Part shown: in pieces, positions 16,875 to 26,407 of the stretch | Position numbering within the stretch: position 1 is the first letter of the stretch | How the letters are laid out: every line of letters begins with the position of its first letter | Assembly: GCA_020434605.1 (NCBI GenBank) | Contig: JAGRAL010000025.1 | Span: forward strand, 1-32,616 | Origin: Bdellovibrionales bacterium | GTDB taxonomy: Bacteria > Bdellovibrionota > Bdellovibrionia > Bdellovibrionales > UBA840 | Length of the DNA stretch: 32,616 nt | Reading direction: 5' to 3' | Translations under genes and position numbers: made by a program | Notes under the pieces: model-generated | What the model saw: only the letters and a program-made list of their open reading frames with translations | Database searches by the model: none | Told to the model about the DNA's origin: nothing

Positions 16875-18497
16875 TTACTGATAGTACACCTTAGTGATAT
16901 CAAATCCATGTCTTTGAACAGTGTGATCTGCTTTTAACTCTATGATTAACTTTGTACCTTGTACCTCTGGCGAAAACTCATTGTTGTGAGTTCCGCTCCA
17001 CTCTGCAATGACATTTCCATTTTCATCTTTAAATGTAACCTTGTCATAGTTTTCTTCTGTATCAAATTTTTCAAAGTATAAAGAAAATTTTGTCGCGTTT
17101 GGAACTTCAACTGTGTAAGTTTCTTCTGCATTTTCAGCATACGGGTGTGAGCTAGATACCTGGTAATCCATTTGGTTCCAGTTTGCTGGATCTTCTGGAT
17201 CACTTGGGTGCGTTTGGTTTGTTAACATCGCATAAGCATCTAATACACCGCCACTAGCCACTTTACCTTTTAGTCTGTAATTAGGTTTAGATGTAGCCAT
17301 GATACGTGCTCTAATATCTTCAGGAGACATTCCTGGGTTCTCTGATAAAAGTAATACCGCAGCTCCAGCAACATGTGGAGTTGCCATTGAAGTTCCGCTG
17401 AACACTTGTAAGCCACCTGGTGTTGTGCTGAGAATATTCCTTCCTGGCGCAGCAACATCAACTCTTTCAGCTCCATAGTTTGAAAAGTCTGACATCGTTC
17501 CGTTTGAATCAAGAGAGGCTACGCACAATACGTTTTTAACATCATAACTACATGGATAGTATGCTTGACTGTCATTGTTGTTAGATTGGTTACCGGCTGC
17601 CACAACAAATAGTGAGTTAGCAGCACTTGCGCGCTCAATGGCAGCTTGTAATTCAGCATTGTAGCCACCGCCACCCCAAGAGTTATTTGAAATCATCGCT
17701 CCCATTTGAGTTGCGTAATCAATGGCAGAGATCGCGTCTGCTAATGTGCCTGAACCCGATGCGGATAAAAACTTAACTCCCATGATTTGTGCTTTCCACG
17801 ATACACCGGCTACATCAATTCCGTTATTTCCTTCGCCAGCAATTGTACCTGCCACGTGCGAACCGTGACCATGATCATCCGTTGGATCTCCATCTTTATT
17901 TACAAAGTCATAGCCGTGGATATCATCAATAAAACCGTTGCCATCGTCATCAACTCCTGGTTGACCATTTAGCTCGGCTTCATTTACCCACATATTGTTT
18001 TTTAAGTCTGCAATCCTTGCATCAACACCAGTGTCAATGATCGCTACCACAACATCTTTTGATCCGGTGGTTATGTCCCATGCTTCCATCGCACGAATAT
18101 CTACCCCAGTTTTCCCAGCTCTTCCTCTTGGGTCGTTATTACCTGTGTTATATAGGCCCCATAATTTTCCAAACTCAGGATCATTTGGTGTCATCTGAAT
18201 GCTAACGATTTGATTTGGTGATACGTTTTGTACTAGCGGACTAACTGCAAGTGATTGCATCATGTCTTGAGAGCTTGATTCTACTAATACAGCATTTGAC
18301 TGCACGCTTATTTGACGAATTACTTTTACCCCAAGTGTTTTCTCTACCTCTGACATATTGTAAGAAGATAATGGTCCTGCCAACCTTACAATATATTGAT
18401 CCTTTATAGTCTCATCCGAAAGACTAAGCATATGGTCGATGGATGCCATCGCCGTCTGCGATATACCAAGTAGCAATACTAAGATGCCTTTAAACAT
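16875..18497 (-). CDS. Secreted S8 (subtilisin-family) serine peptidase with I9 propeptide and a C-terminal CUB-like domain
   Basis: Catalytic triad motifs VVAIIDTGVD, HGHGSHVAGTIAG and GTSMATPHVAGAA. I9-like propeptide (DQYIVRLAG...). I place the start at 18497 (MFKGILVLLLGISQTAMA) because GGAGGA lies 4-5 nt upstream. The track start at 18521 adds 8 aa before the signal peptide. Confidence 0.9.
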   Translation of the reverse strand: MFKGILVLLLGISQTAMASIDHMLSLSDETIKDQYIVRLAGPLSSYNMSEVEKTLGVKVIRQISVQSNAVLVESSSQDMMQSLAVSPLVQNVSPNQIVSIQMTPNDPEFGKLWGLYNTGNNDPRGRAGKTGVDIRAMEAWDITTGSKDVVVAIIDTGVDARIADLKNNMWVNEAELNGQPGVDDDGNGFIDDIHGYDFVNKDGDPTDDHGHGSHVAGTIAGEGNNGIDVAGVSWKAQIMGVKFLSASGSGTLADAISAIDYATQMGAMISNNSWGGGGYNAELQAAIERASAANSLFVVAAGNQSNNNDSQAYYPCSYDVKNVLCVASLDSNGTMSDFSNYGAERVDVAAPGRNILSTTPGGLQVFSGTSMATPHVAGAAVLLLSENPGMSPEDIRARIMATSKPNYRLKGKVASGGVLDAYAMLTNQTHPSDPEDPANWNQMDYQVSSSHPYAENAEETYTVEVPNATKFSLYFEKFDTEENYDKVTFKDENGNVIAEWSGTHNNEFSPEVQGTKLIIELKADHTVQRHGFDITKVYYQ

Positions 18498-18651
18498 AAT
18501 TCCTCCATGAATTATCGTCATATTATAGCTTATGCTTTTTTACTGACTGTTAAAGTTTATCAAGTTTAGTTATTGGTAGTTAAAAGCTATTTTTCTCAGT
18601 CGAGTCGAGAATATCTTGTTTAACCTTTATTTAATAGGCTAAGGTATAGAG

Positions 18652-19185
18652 ATGAAATGGATCTTAGTCAGTGGCCCACCAGGGGCTGGAAAATCTACTC
18701 TTGCGAATGTGCTAGCGCATGCACTAGGAACTGCTGTCATAGATAAAGACTGTATTGATGAGCCCTTTTCGCCAGATGATCGAGGACCCTCATATACTAA
18801 AAACATTGAGCCAAAAGTTTTAACTGCTATTTTCTCTCTTTGTGAAAGAAACTTCTCTAATGGTGTTAGCTTAATCGTAGATTTACCGTGGACTCACATC
18901 TTAATTGCTAGCCCAAATTGGAAGTCTCGCGTTCTTGAAATTTCTGACAAGTTTGATTGCGATCTAAAAGTAATTGAGCTTTGCATCGAAGAGGATCTAT
19001 TAAAAGAGCGGATACAAAAAAGAGGTTTGGCGCGAGATAAAAACAAACTTAGTGCTGAAGGTTGGGAAAAATTTAAAGCGACAGATCACATTGATCAGAC
19101 GATTGATTTACCGTGTTTGCAATTAGATGCTGGTCTTGAATTAACCGAAAAAATTAAAAGAGCTCTAGAGTATATTAAATCTTAA
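18652..19185 (+). CDS. P-loop NTPase, small AAA_33-like kinase family protein; substrate unknown
   Basis: Walker A VSGPPGAGKSTLA near the N-terminus. 177 aa, with a lid-like region KERIQKRGLARD. Confidence 0.65.
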   Translation: MKWILVSGPPGAGKSTLANVLAHALGTAVIDKDCIDEPFSPDDRGPSYTKNIEPKVLTAIFSLCERNFSNGVSLIVDLPWTHILIASPNWKSRVLEISDKFDCDLKVIELCIEEDLLKERIQKRGLARDKNKLSAEGWEKFKATDHIDQTIDLPCLQLDAGLELTEKIKRALEYIKS

Positions 19186-20039
19186 GGCCCGTTCATTCCT
19201 GGTGCACGCGATTGATATCGTCTGTGAATCATATCAAAAATATTATCTCCAGCGACTCCAATTCTATCTTCTCCGTGATTTACTGATAGACCTGCAACAG
19301 ATGGATCAGAGGCTCCTCTTTGTGTTGGGTATCTCATTGCTCTTATGTCTGCAGAGCTAGGATTATAGCCGCTACCGCCGTTTCCACCGCCGCCACCGCC
19401 ACCGATTTCTTCATCGTATTCTTCCATTCTTTTTAAAAGACTCTCGCCCTCTGCTGCTGCCTCTGCTAAATCTCTCTCGGCTTGCGCTCTTTGCTGTGGA
19501 TTCATTCCGCCTGAATCCATCGCTGCATTTACGCTGTTGATCGGGTTGCCCTTAGGGTCGGTGATTGTACCTCGGTTGCGATCTATTCGGTAACCCTCAC
19601 GCTCACGGTCTTGTAGAAAACGATCGGCCGCATTTGATCTTCTTTCTAACTCAACTAATGCTCGGTCACCTGGATTGTTAGGATTTAAATTATAATTAGG
19701 ATTATTACCCGGTCCATTGCCATCACCCTGGCCGTTGTTAAAACATGAGTTTGAGCTAGCACAGGATAAATCGCCCTCTATTCCTCTAGCTTTTTTTGCT
19801 GTCTTTAAACTAGAGATTAATGAAACCGCTGCCATTGCTGCCAAGGCGCATGTAGTAGGACAACCTTCTTTGAATTTTTCAAATGCTGTTGCATCTGCCC
19901 CTGCATTGGCAGTTGCCGTAAAGTAAGCTGCACCCGCTGCTGCGCCCACTCCCATTAAAGTTCCCGCTCCTCCGCCTGAAAAACCGTAAGACGGTGTAAG
20001 TGATAGAGATAATACGACCAAAAATTTCAGTAGCTTCAT
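19182..20039 (-). CDS. Gly/Ala/Asn-rich secreted protein of unknown function
   Basis: Signal peptide MKLLKFLVVLSLSLTPSYG. Low-complexity tracts (GGGAGTLMGVGAAAGAA; NGQGDGNGPGNNPNYNLNPNNPG; GGGGGGNGGSG) flank a charged helical core. Visibly more GC-rich than its neighbours. Confidence 0.6.
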   Translation of the reverse strand: MKLLKFLVVLSLSLTPSYGFSGGGAGTLMGVGAAAGAAYFTATANAGADATAFEKFKEGCPTTCALAAMAAVSLISSLKTAKKARGIEGDLSCASSNSCFNNGQGDGNGPGNNPNYNLNPNNPGDRALVELERRSNAADRFLQDREREGYRIDRNRGTITDPKGNPINSVNAAMDSGGMNPQQRAQAERDLAEAAAEGESLLKRMEEYDEEIGGGGGGGNGGSGYNPSSADIRAMRYPTQRGASDPSVAGLSVNHGEDRIGVAGDNIFDMIHRRYQSRAPGMNGP

Positions 20040-20166
20040 ACCTATTATATCGGCTCTTTTTGGACCGGTCTTTAGTCTATTCTGCGTGTAAAGAACTTAT
20101 ACACTAGAAGCACATTTCACTCTAATAATGGGTATTTAGAACCTCGCCTAGGTGTTTATTTTTTTG

Positions 20167-20613
20167 TTAATTAAGAAGCTCTTTAATAGCAAGCTTCAAT
20201 ATCTCGGCTTGCTCGGGCCAAAACATTTCGGGTTGCTTTTCGATTGAAAACCACTCGGTTTTGTAATCATGGGTCTTATCCGTGGCTTTGGTTTCAATTT
20301 GTTTTGTTTCAAATAAAAAATAGGTAGTTGTGACCCACTTGCTTTTGTCGTAGTTAAGTCTTTCTCTTACGCCCAAATCACAAACATAGGTTAAATCACT
20401 AATACCGGCCTCTTCAGAAATTTCTCGTTTTGCGGCCTCAAGAACCGTTTCACCCTTATCAATTCCACCCTTAGGTAAAATCCATTTTTTTAAAGCCCCC
20501 TCTGCCACAAGGGCTACAAAAATCTCATGTCTATCTCTTCTAAAAATAACGCCACCGGCAGCTTTTCTTAATTTGATAGAATCTGGTTTCTTATACCAAG
20601 AAGAATCAATCAT
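20167..20613 (-). CDS. NUDIX hydrolase
   Basis: Nudix box GGIDKGETVLEAAKREISEEAGI (GX5EX7REUXEEXGU). ATGA overlap with the uvrA stop. Confidence 0.85.
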   Translation of the reverse strand: MIDSSWYKKPDSIKLRKAAGGVIFRRDRHEIFVALVAEGALKKWILPKGGIDKGETVLEAAKREISEEAGISDLTYVCDLGVRERLNYDKSKWVTTTYFLFETKQIETKATDKTHDYKTEWFSIEKQPEMFWPEQAEILKLAIKELLN

Positions 20614-23150
20614 AGCCTTGCCTCCGGAATTTTGTAGCTCGCCGTGGGAGAGTTTTTGTTTTTTAAAAATGATTTATGGTCGGATGCGTTTATAATCTCG
20701 CCACCCTTAGGTCCACCCTCTGGGCCAAGTTCGATGATATAATCAGCTGAATGAATTACATCTAAATTGTGTTCAATCACTAAGACCGTATTGTTATTGT
20801 CCACAAGCTCATGCAAAAGTTCTAATAGCTTGCTAACGTCTGCGAAATGTAAACCTGTTGTCGGTTCATCTAAAATATATAGTATATGTCCCGCGGGCCG
20901 TCTTGATAGTTCACGGCTCAATTTGATTCTTTGTGCCTCTCCACCCGACAAGGTAGTAGAGCTTTGCCCCAACTTAATATATGTAAGGCCAACTCTATCT
21001 AGTGTCTTTAATTTGTTATATATAATTTTATGGTGAGTAAAAAACTCTAGGGCTTCTTCGACAGACATATTTAAAATGTCTGCGATATTTTTTCCTTTAT
21101 ACCTAATGCCCAGACACTCTGGGTTGTATCTTAATCCCTGGCAATAATCACACTCAACATAAACATCCGCCAAGAAGTTCATCTCAACTTTTACTGCCCC
21201 ACCACCTCTACAGTGTTCGCACCTTCCGCCTTTTACGTTAAACGAAAAGTATCCTGGCTTAAACCCTCTAATTTTGGCTTCAGGGATTTCAGCAAAAAGG
21301 GTTCTAATCAATGTCATTAGACCCGTGTAGGTTGCTGGATTTGATCTTGGCGTTCTGCCGATTGGTTTTTGATTTATATTAACGATACTAGTGATTGCTT
21401 CAGTGCCTTTAATATTTTTTACAGGTGCTACACTGTAATCACTTTTATGAATTTTATTGTGTATATACTTATAAATCGTATCAATAACGAGCGTACTCTT
21501 ACCACTTCCAGAGACACCAGTAACAGCGGTAAAACCATTTAACGGTAGTTTAACATTTATGTTTTTTAAATTATTACCACTGGCCCCAACAACATCTATG
21601 CTTGGCCCGCTTGTTACATCTCGTTTTTTTGCAGGACTAAATACTTTTTTGCGACCAGATAAATAATCTCCAGTTATGCTGTTTTTACTTTGCATCAGCT
21701 CTTTTGGAGTTCCAAACGCTTGGATATTTCCACCGTTAACGCCTGCACCTGGCCCAATATCAAAAACTAAATCCGAAGATAGTATCGTTTCTTCATCGTG
21801 CTCAACTACCAGTATAGTATTTCCCTTACTTCTAAGTTCTTCTAAAATTTCTAGTAACTTTTTGTGATCCTTAGGATGTAGGCCAATGCTTGGTTCATCT
21901 AAGACATATAAAACACCCATCAAGCCTGACCCCAATTGGCTTGCTAGTCGAATACGTTGGGCTTCTCCGCCTGATAAAGTTTTTGATGGTCTACTTAGAG
22001 TGATGTATGAAACCCCAACTCTATCCATATAAGTAAGACGAAGCTGGAGGTGCTTAATAATTTTTTCGGCAATTAGGGCTTCTCTAGCTGTAAGCTGTAT
22101 CTGATCTAAGGCTACAATTAAATCTTTAATGGATAGATCTGAATAATGAGAAATGTTTTTATTTTCGATAAATATATGTAGAGCCTCTTTTTTTAATCTA
22201 GCTCCGTGGCAAGTGTGGCAAGGTTGTTCGTCGTAATACTCTACCTCTTCGTTTATATCATCACCATCTTCTTCGCTGACAATATAATCCATCGTACCAA
22301 TACCATTACAAGTTACACAGGCACCTTTAGGGCTGTTAAAGCTAAACAGTAAGGGCTCAATCTCTGGAAAGCTAAGACCACATGTAGGACACGATGCTTT
22401 TTGAGAAAATGTTTTTCTTTCTTTAGTGGTAAAGTCCTCAACAATAATTTGACCCTTTGCTAAATCGAGTCCCTTTGAGATACTTTGAGAAATTCTGGTT
22501 CTGACATCATCTTTAATAATAATTCTATCTATGATTAGTTCAATATTATGAGCTACTGTCTTTTTAAGTTTTGGCGCTTTTGCTAACTCGTATTCTGTTC
22601 CGTCAATAACGGCACGAATAAATCCTAATTTTTGCCATTGCTCTATTTCTTTTTTAAACTCGCCCTTTTTGTATACTGCAACCGGTGCTAGGAGTAACAA
22701 CTTTGACCCTGTTTTATATGAAAAGACCTCATCAATGATTTGCTCATGTGTTTGAGTTTCAACTACTTTTTTACATTTAGGGCAGTATGGTTTTCCTATT
22801 TTGGCAAATAGCAATCGTAAAAAATCATAGGCTTCAGTAACAGTGCCCACTGTTGATCTGGGGTTTGTTGAACCTGTTTTTTGCTCAATGGATATGGCAG
22901 GAGAAAGTCCCAAAATTGAGTCTACATCGGGTTTTTTAAGCTGCTCTAAAAAATTTCTGGCGTACGCAGAAAGGCCTTCAAGGTAGCGCCTTTGTCCCTC
23001 GGCATAAATAGTGTCAAAGGCCAGCGATGACTTTCCGCTGCCAGATAGACCGGTGATAACTGTGATTTTATTTCGTGGAATATCCAGCGATATATTTTTT
23101 AGGTTATGCTCTCTGGCCCCACGTACTCTTATGCCTTCATAATTTTTCAT
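20610..23150 (-). CDS. uvrA: Excinuclease ABC subunit UvrA (846 aa, short form lacking the insertion domain)
   Basis: [47 protein letters not shown], two ABC signatures LSGGEAQRI, a second Walker [10 protein letters not shown], and Zn modules CPKC...CPTC, CVTC...CHTC and CEHC...CDYC. Confidence 0.95.
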   Translation of the reverse strand: MKNYEGIRVRGAREHNLKNISLDIPRNKITVITGLSGSGKSSLAFDTIYAEGQRRYLEGLSAYARNFLEQLKKPDVDSILGLSPAISIEQKTGSTNPRSTVGTVTEAYDFLRLLFAKIGKPYCPKCKKVVETQTHEQIIDEVFSYKTGSKLLLLAPVAVYKKGEFKKEIEQWQKLGFIRAVIDGTEYELAKAPKLKKTVAHNIELIIDRIIIKDDVRTRISQSISKGLDLAKGQIIVEDFTTKERKTFSQKASCPTCGLSFPEIEPLLFSFNSPKGACVTCNGIGTMDYIVSEEDGDDINEEVEYYDEQPCHTCHGARLKKEALHIFIENKNISHYSDLSIKDLIVALDQIQLTAREALIAEKIIKHLQLRLTYMDRVGVSYITLSRPSKTLSGGEAQRIRLASQLGSGLMGVLYVLDEPSIGLHPKDHKKLLEILEELRSKGNTILVVEHDEETILSSDLVFDIGPGAGVNGGNIQAFGTPKELMQSKNSITGDYLSGRKKVFSPAKKRDVTSGPSIDVVGASGNNLKNINVKLPLNGFTAVTGVSGSGKSTLVIDTIYKYIHNKIHKSDYSVAPVKNIKGTEAITSIVNINQKPIGRTPRSNPATYTGLMTLIRTLFAEIPEAKIRGFKPGYFSFNVKGGRCEHCRGGGAVKVEMNFLADVYVECDYCQGLRYNPECLGIRYKGKNIADILNMSVEEALEFFTHHKIIYNKLKTLDRVGLTYIKLGQSSTTLSGGEAQRIKLSRELSRRPAGHILYILDEPTTGLHFADVSKLLELLHELVDNNNTVLVIEHNLDVIHSADYIIELGPEGGPKGGEIINASDHKSFLKNKNSPTASYKIPEARL

Positions 23151-24511
23151 AAAAATGCATTTACTATTTTCATTGCTTCCGATTGTATTTCTTCAAGAGC
23201 TTGTTTTGTGTTGGCCTCAAATCTCATGGATACTACCGGTTGCGTGTTTGATGATCTAACAAGTGCCCAACCATTTTTATATGAAGCCCTCACTCCATCA
23301 ATTTCTGAAAGGCTAATGTCTTTTTTATTTAAGTAGTGCTCTCTCATTTTTTGTACGATGAGGGTTTTCTTTTCTTCTGTGGTATCTATTCTAATCTCTG
23401 GTGTAGAAAACGCTTCTGGATAGTCCTCAAGCAAACCTTCTATAGTTGTTTTGTTGGTCTTTAAAATTTCTATCATTCTTAAGCCCGCATATAGCGAGTC
23501 ATCGTACCCATAATTGCGATCAGCAAAAAAGATATGGCAACTTAACTCTCCACCAAAAGGCGCCTTCTCACTTTTTACTTTTTCTTTTATCAACGAATGT
23601 CCTGTTTTCCACATTATGGCATTACCGCCGTACTTAGAAATCATTTGATACATTCTATCCGAACACTTCACATCACCAATAATTTTTGCGCCTGGTTGTT
23701 TGCTTAAAATATCCTTTGCAAACACCGTCATGATTTCATCGCCTAATAAAAAACGGGCCGTGTTAGTAATCATCCCGATTCTATCAGCATCTCCATCAAA
23801 GCCAATGCCCAACGCAGCCTTGTGCTTTAAAACTTGTTTTTTTAAGTCATCGTTATTTTCTTCGACTGTTGGATCTGGGTGATGATTAGGGAAAGTTCCA
23901 TCTGGTTTTTCGAAAATAATTTGAACATCTACATTAAGAGCCTCATAAAGTCTTCTAGCAATGGATCCTGCAGCACCGTTACCGCAGTCTAATACCACAG
24001 GAACACCAGACAAATCTCCAAACTCTTTTTTATATCTTTCAACATACTCAGGAAAAATATCATAAGTACTTGCTTTACCAGCCCCTGTTGAAAAGTCCTT
24101 TTTCTCTAAAATATTTTTTAACTCTTGAATTTCAGGTCCATTGATCGTTCTTTTACCAACGGAAACTTTAAACCCATTATAATCCGGAGGGTTATGACTG
24201 CCTGTAACCATAATGGCGCCATCTACTTGTGGCATAGTAAATGTAGAAAAATATGAAATAGGAGTTGTGATTAATCCAAGCTGAATCACGTTCCCACCAG
24301 AACTCGTGAACCCTTTAGTGAGCGCATTAACTATATTTGGACTAGAAAGTCTAGCGTCCATTCCAATTGTAATTGTGGGTGATTCTTTTTTAGCAGTGTT
24401 TTTTATATACGTAAAAAATGATCTCCCTAGATCTTCTGCAAACGATAGATCAAAATCTTTTTCGTAAACCCCGCGAATGTCAGACTCTCTAAAAATTACT
24501 GGATGCATCAT
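23147..24511 (-). CDS. Phosphomannomutase/phosphoglucomutase (alpha-D-phosphohexomutase family)
   Basis: Active-site loop TGSHNPPDYNGFK, Mg-binding loop GFDGDADR and sugar-binding loop GGELSCH. 454 aa. Confidence 0.9.
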   Translation of the reverse strand: MMHPVIFRESDIRGVYEKDFDLSFAEDLGRSFFTYIKNTAKKESPTITIGMDARLSSPNIVNALTKGFTSSGGNVIQLGLITTPISYFSTFTMPQVDGAIMVTGSHNPPDYNGFKVSVGKRTINGPEIQELKNILEKKDFSTGAGKASTYDIFPEYVERYKKEFGDLSGVPVVLDCGNGAAGSIARRLYEALNVDVQIIFEKPDGTFPNHHPDPTVEENNDDLKKQVLKHKAALGIGFDGDADRIGMITNTARFLLGDEIMTVFAKDILSKQPGAKIIGDVKCSDRMYQMISKYGGNAIMWKTGHSLIKEKVKSEKAPFGGELSCHIFFADRNYGYDDSLYAGLRMIEILKTNKTTIEGLLEDYPEAFSTPEIRIDTTEEKKTLIVQKMREHYLNKKDISLSEIDGVRASYKNGWALVRSSNTQPVVSMRFEANTKQALEEIQSEAMKIVNAFL

Positions 24512-24512
24512 T

Positions 24513-25475
24513 TTATGCTTTCCTTTTTTTCGCTAAACTAATTGCCCACTCTAGGGCTTCAAACATCGATCTATAGTCGGCTTTGTTTTTTCCAAAGATA
24601 TCTTTTGCTGTCCCATGATCGACGCTCGTTCTAACAAACGGCAGTCCCAAACTTATGTGAACACCACTCTCTCTTCCGTGTAACATTTTAAACGGTATCA
24701 ACCCTTGATCATGGTACGCACACACATAAATGGCATGCTTTCCTCGCACATCTGGTTGAAATGCCACATCCGGAACCAGTGGTCCACTAAAGTCCGTGTT
24801 CTTATGTTTTTTTGTAGCTTCTTTAAAAACCTCTAAGTCATTACCAAAAAGCCCATCTTCGCCTGCGTGCGGGTTTAATCCTAAAATAGCGATTGGCTTT
24901 TTTTGTTCGCGCTTACTGAGCAGATCCCTAAGTTCTTTCGCTGCAGAGATTGCCTCGCTTAGATTTTCTGCATTCCACTCTTTTGCTACTTTTTGCATTG
25001 GAAGATGGCCTGTTGCTAACACCACGCTAAAATGCGTGCCGACGAATCCCATATAGGCATTTTCTACGCCCGCAATTCTTTTGAGGATATCAGTGTGCCC
25101 TATATCTTTTAGACCAGCTTTTTTAATACTTGTTTTTGATAGCGGTGCCGTAGCAATTGCATCTATATGTCCAAACCTTGCGGCCTGTGCAGACTGTTCT
25201 ACCCAAAGCGCTGGGCTTTGGTTACTTACAATTTCAATTAAGTCTTTGCTGTACTCAGGAATATACCCCATAGCATCTGGCCACGAAGTAAATGTGTGTC
25301 TACGAAAAACCTTGTCTATAATTCTTAGGTGAGACGCCGGGCAGTCAGGAGATCTCCACAAAATAAACTGAATGTTTTTTTGTGGCTTTAGTTTATACAA
25401 TGCTTTGGCAATTACCTCTGTTCCTATACCGTCGATGTCTCCGCTTGTAATTGCTATTCGAATGGGAGTTTTCAT
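24513..25475 (-). CDS. pdxA: 4-hydroxythreonine-4-phosphate dehydrogenase
   Basis: ITSGDIDGIGTEV, LGLNPHAGE and RTSVDHGTA motifs. Lies immediately downstream of a surA-like gene, as in E. coli surA-pdxA. Confidence 0.9.
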   Translation of the reverse strand: MKTPIRIAITSGDIDGIGTEVIAKALYKLKPQKNIQFILWRSPDCPASHLRIIDKVFRRHTFTSWPDAMGYIPEYSKDLIEIVSNQSPALWVEQSAQAARFGHIDAIATAPLSKTSIKKAGLKDIGHTDILKRIAGVENAYMGFVGTHFSVVLATGHLPMQKVAKEWNAENLSEAISAAKELRDLLSKREQKKPIAILGLNPHAGEDGLFGNDLEVFKEATKKHKNTDFSGPLVPDVAFQPDVRGKHAIYVCAYHDQGLIPFKMLHGRESGVHISLGLPFVRTSVDHGTAKDIFGKNKADYRSMFEALEWAISLAKKRKA

Positions 25476-26407
25476 GAGTTTATTTTTATAAATGTTTCTT
25501 TTTTCTTTTGTTCAATCCAAAATCTAAATTGTTCTTTAAGCGCTTTGTTTGTTAGCTCGGCCTGTATTTGACTTTTCTTGGCCTCATAGTCAGGGCTAGG
25601 AATCAACTTTTTTTCATTTACTTTAATGATGTGCACACCCATTTGTGTTTTTACCGGAGGAGTAATATCTCCGGGCTCTAGGTTAGCTACTGCATTTTCT
25701 ATTTCTTTCATTACCTCGCCACTCTTAAACTTACCAAGCGATCCCCCCGAAGTAAAATTTGGGTCTTCACTGTTTTGCGCTGCTAACTCCTCAAAGTTTT
25801 TGCCTTCTTTAATTTTGTTATACGTTTCTTGAGCGTTTTTTGCGGCGTCGCCCTTTCTAAAAAGAATGTGCGATAGCGTGTATTGAAACGCATGTTTTTT
25901 TGATTTTCCGTACTTCTCTAAGTAGTGGGCGTTTATATCTTCTTCTGAGATTCTTATTTTAGATGTGATCGACTGCTGAATAACCGCCTGTCTTTCCATT
26001 CTTTCTTTAATATAATCTAGGTAATCCGCAAAGTTTGTACCTTGAGCCTTTAGCGCCTCGCGAAGCTGTGCTCTTGAAATTTTATTTCGTCTTTGGATTT
26101 TATTAATTTCGTCATCTACCGCTTCTTTGGTTACTTCTAGATTTTGTCTTTTAATTTCTGACTTTAGAATTCTCTCTTCTATCAAAAACTCCATGGCTTT
26201 TTTGTCATCTTTTAAAAGTTCGTTTTTATTAATTGTAAACAACTCGTCTTGAATTTTATCAGATCTAAGCTGTTGGCGTAATTTTACTAGGTCTGATTGT
26301 AAAATAGGTTCTTCGCTAACAATAGCCAAAACCTTGTCTACAACCTCAGCCCTCGCATACAGACTGCAAGCAACCGCCAATATTATAAATAGTACTTTAT
26401 TCATCAC
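25472..26407 (-). CDS. surA: SurA-like periplasmic chaperone / parvulin-type peptidyl-prolyl isomerase
   Basis: Signal peptide and a SurA_N-like helical N-domain, plus one parvulin domain (LSHILFRKG...GGSLGKFKSGEVMKEIE...MGVHIIKV). Synteny with pdxA. Confidence 0.7.
   Translation of the reverse strand: MMNKVLFIILAVACSLYARAEVVDKVLAIVSEEPILQSDLVKLRQQLRSDKIQDELFTINKNELLKDDKKAMEFLIEERILKSEIKRQNLEVTKEAVDDEINKIQRRNKISRAQLREALKAQGTNFADYLDYIKERMERQAVIQQSITSKIRISEEDINAHYLEKYGKSKKHAFQYTLSHILFRKGDAAKNAQETYNKIKEGKNFEELAAQNSEDPNFTSGGSLGKFKSGEVMKEIENAVANLEPGDITPPVKTQMGVHIIKVNEKKLIPSPDYEAKKSQIQAELTNKALKEQFRFWIEQKKKETFIKINS

Noticed and set aside
18498-18521. Upstream ATG (18521) for the S8 protease (MTIIHGGI-).
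   Set aside because: The internal ATG at 18497 is preceded by GGAGGA at optimal spacing and starts a canonical signal peptide. The GGAGGA would itself be translated (as HGG) in the longer version.
19368-19404. GGN/CCN repeat tract (GCCGCTACCGCCGTTTCCACCGCCGCCACCGCCACCG) encoding the poly-Gly run; considered as a slipped-strand phase-variation tract.
   Set aside because: The repeat is imperfect (mixed GCC/ACC/GTT units) and in-frame trinucleotide-based, so slippage would change the length of the Gly run without switching expression.
20141-20166. ACCT...AGGT mini-stem (containing CCTAGG) followed by TTTATTTTTTT on the plus strand, downstream of the NUDIX gene.
   Set aside because: The stem is only 4 bp. 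The T-run is on the plus strand, where no gene ends. On the minus strand no U-tract follows the stem.
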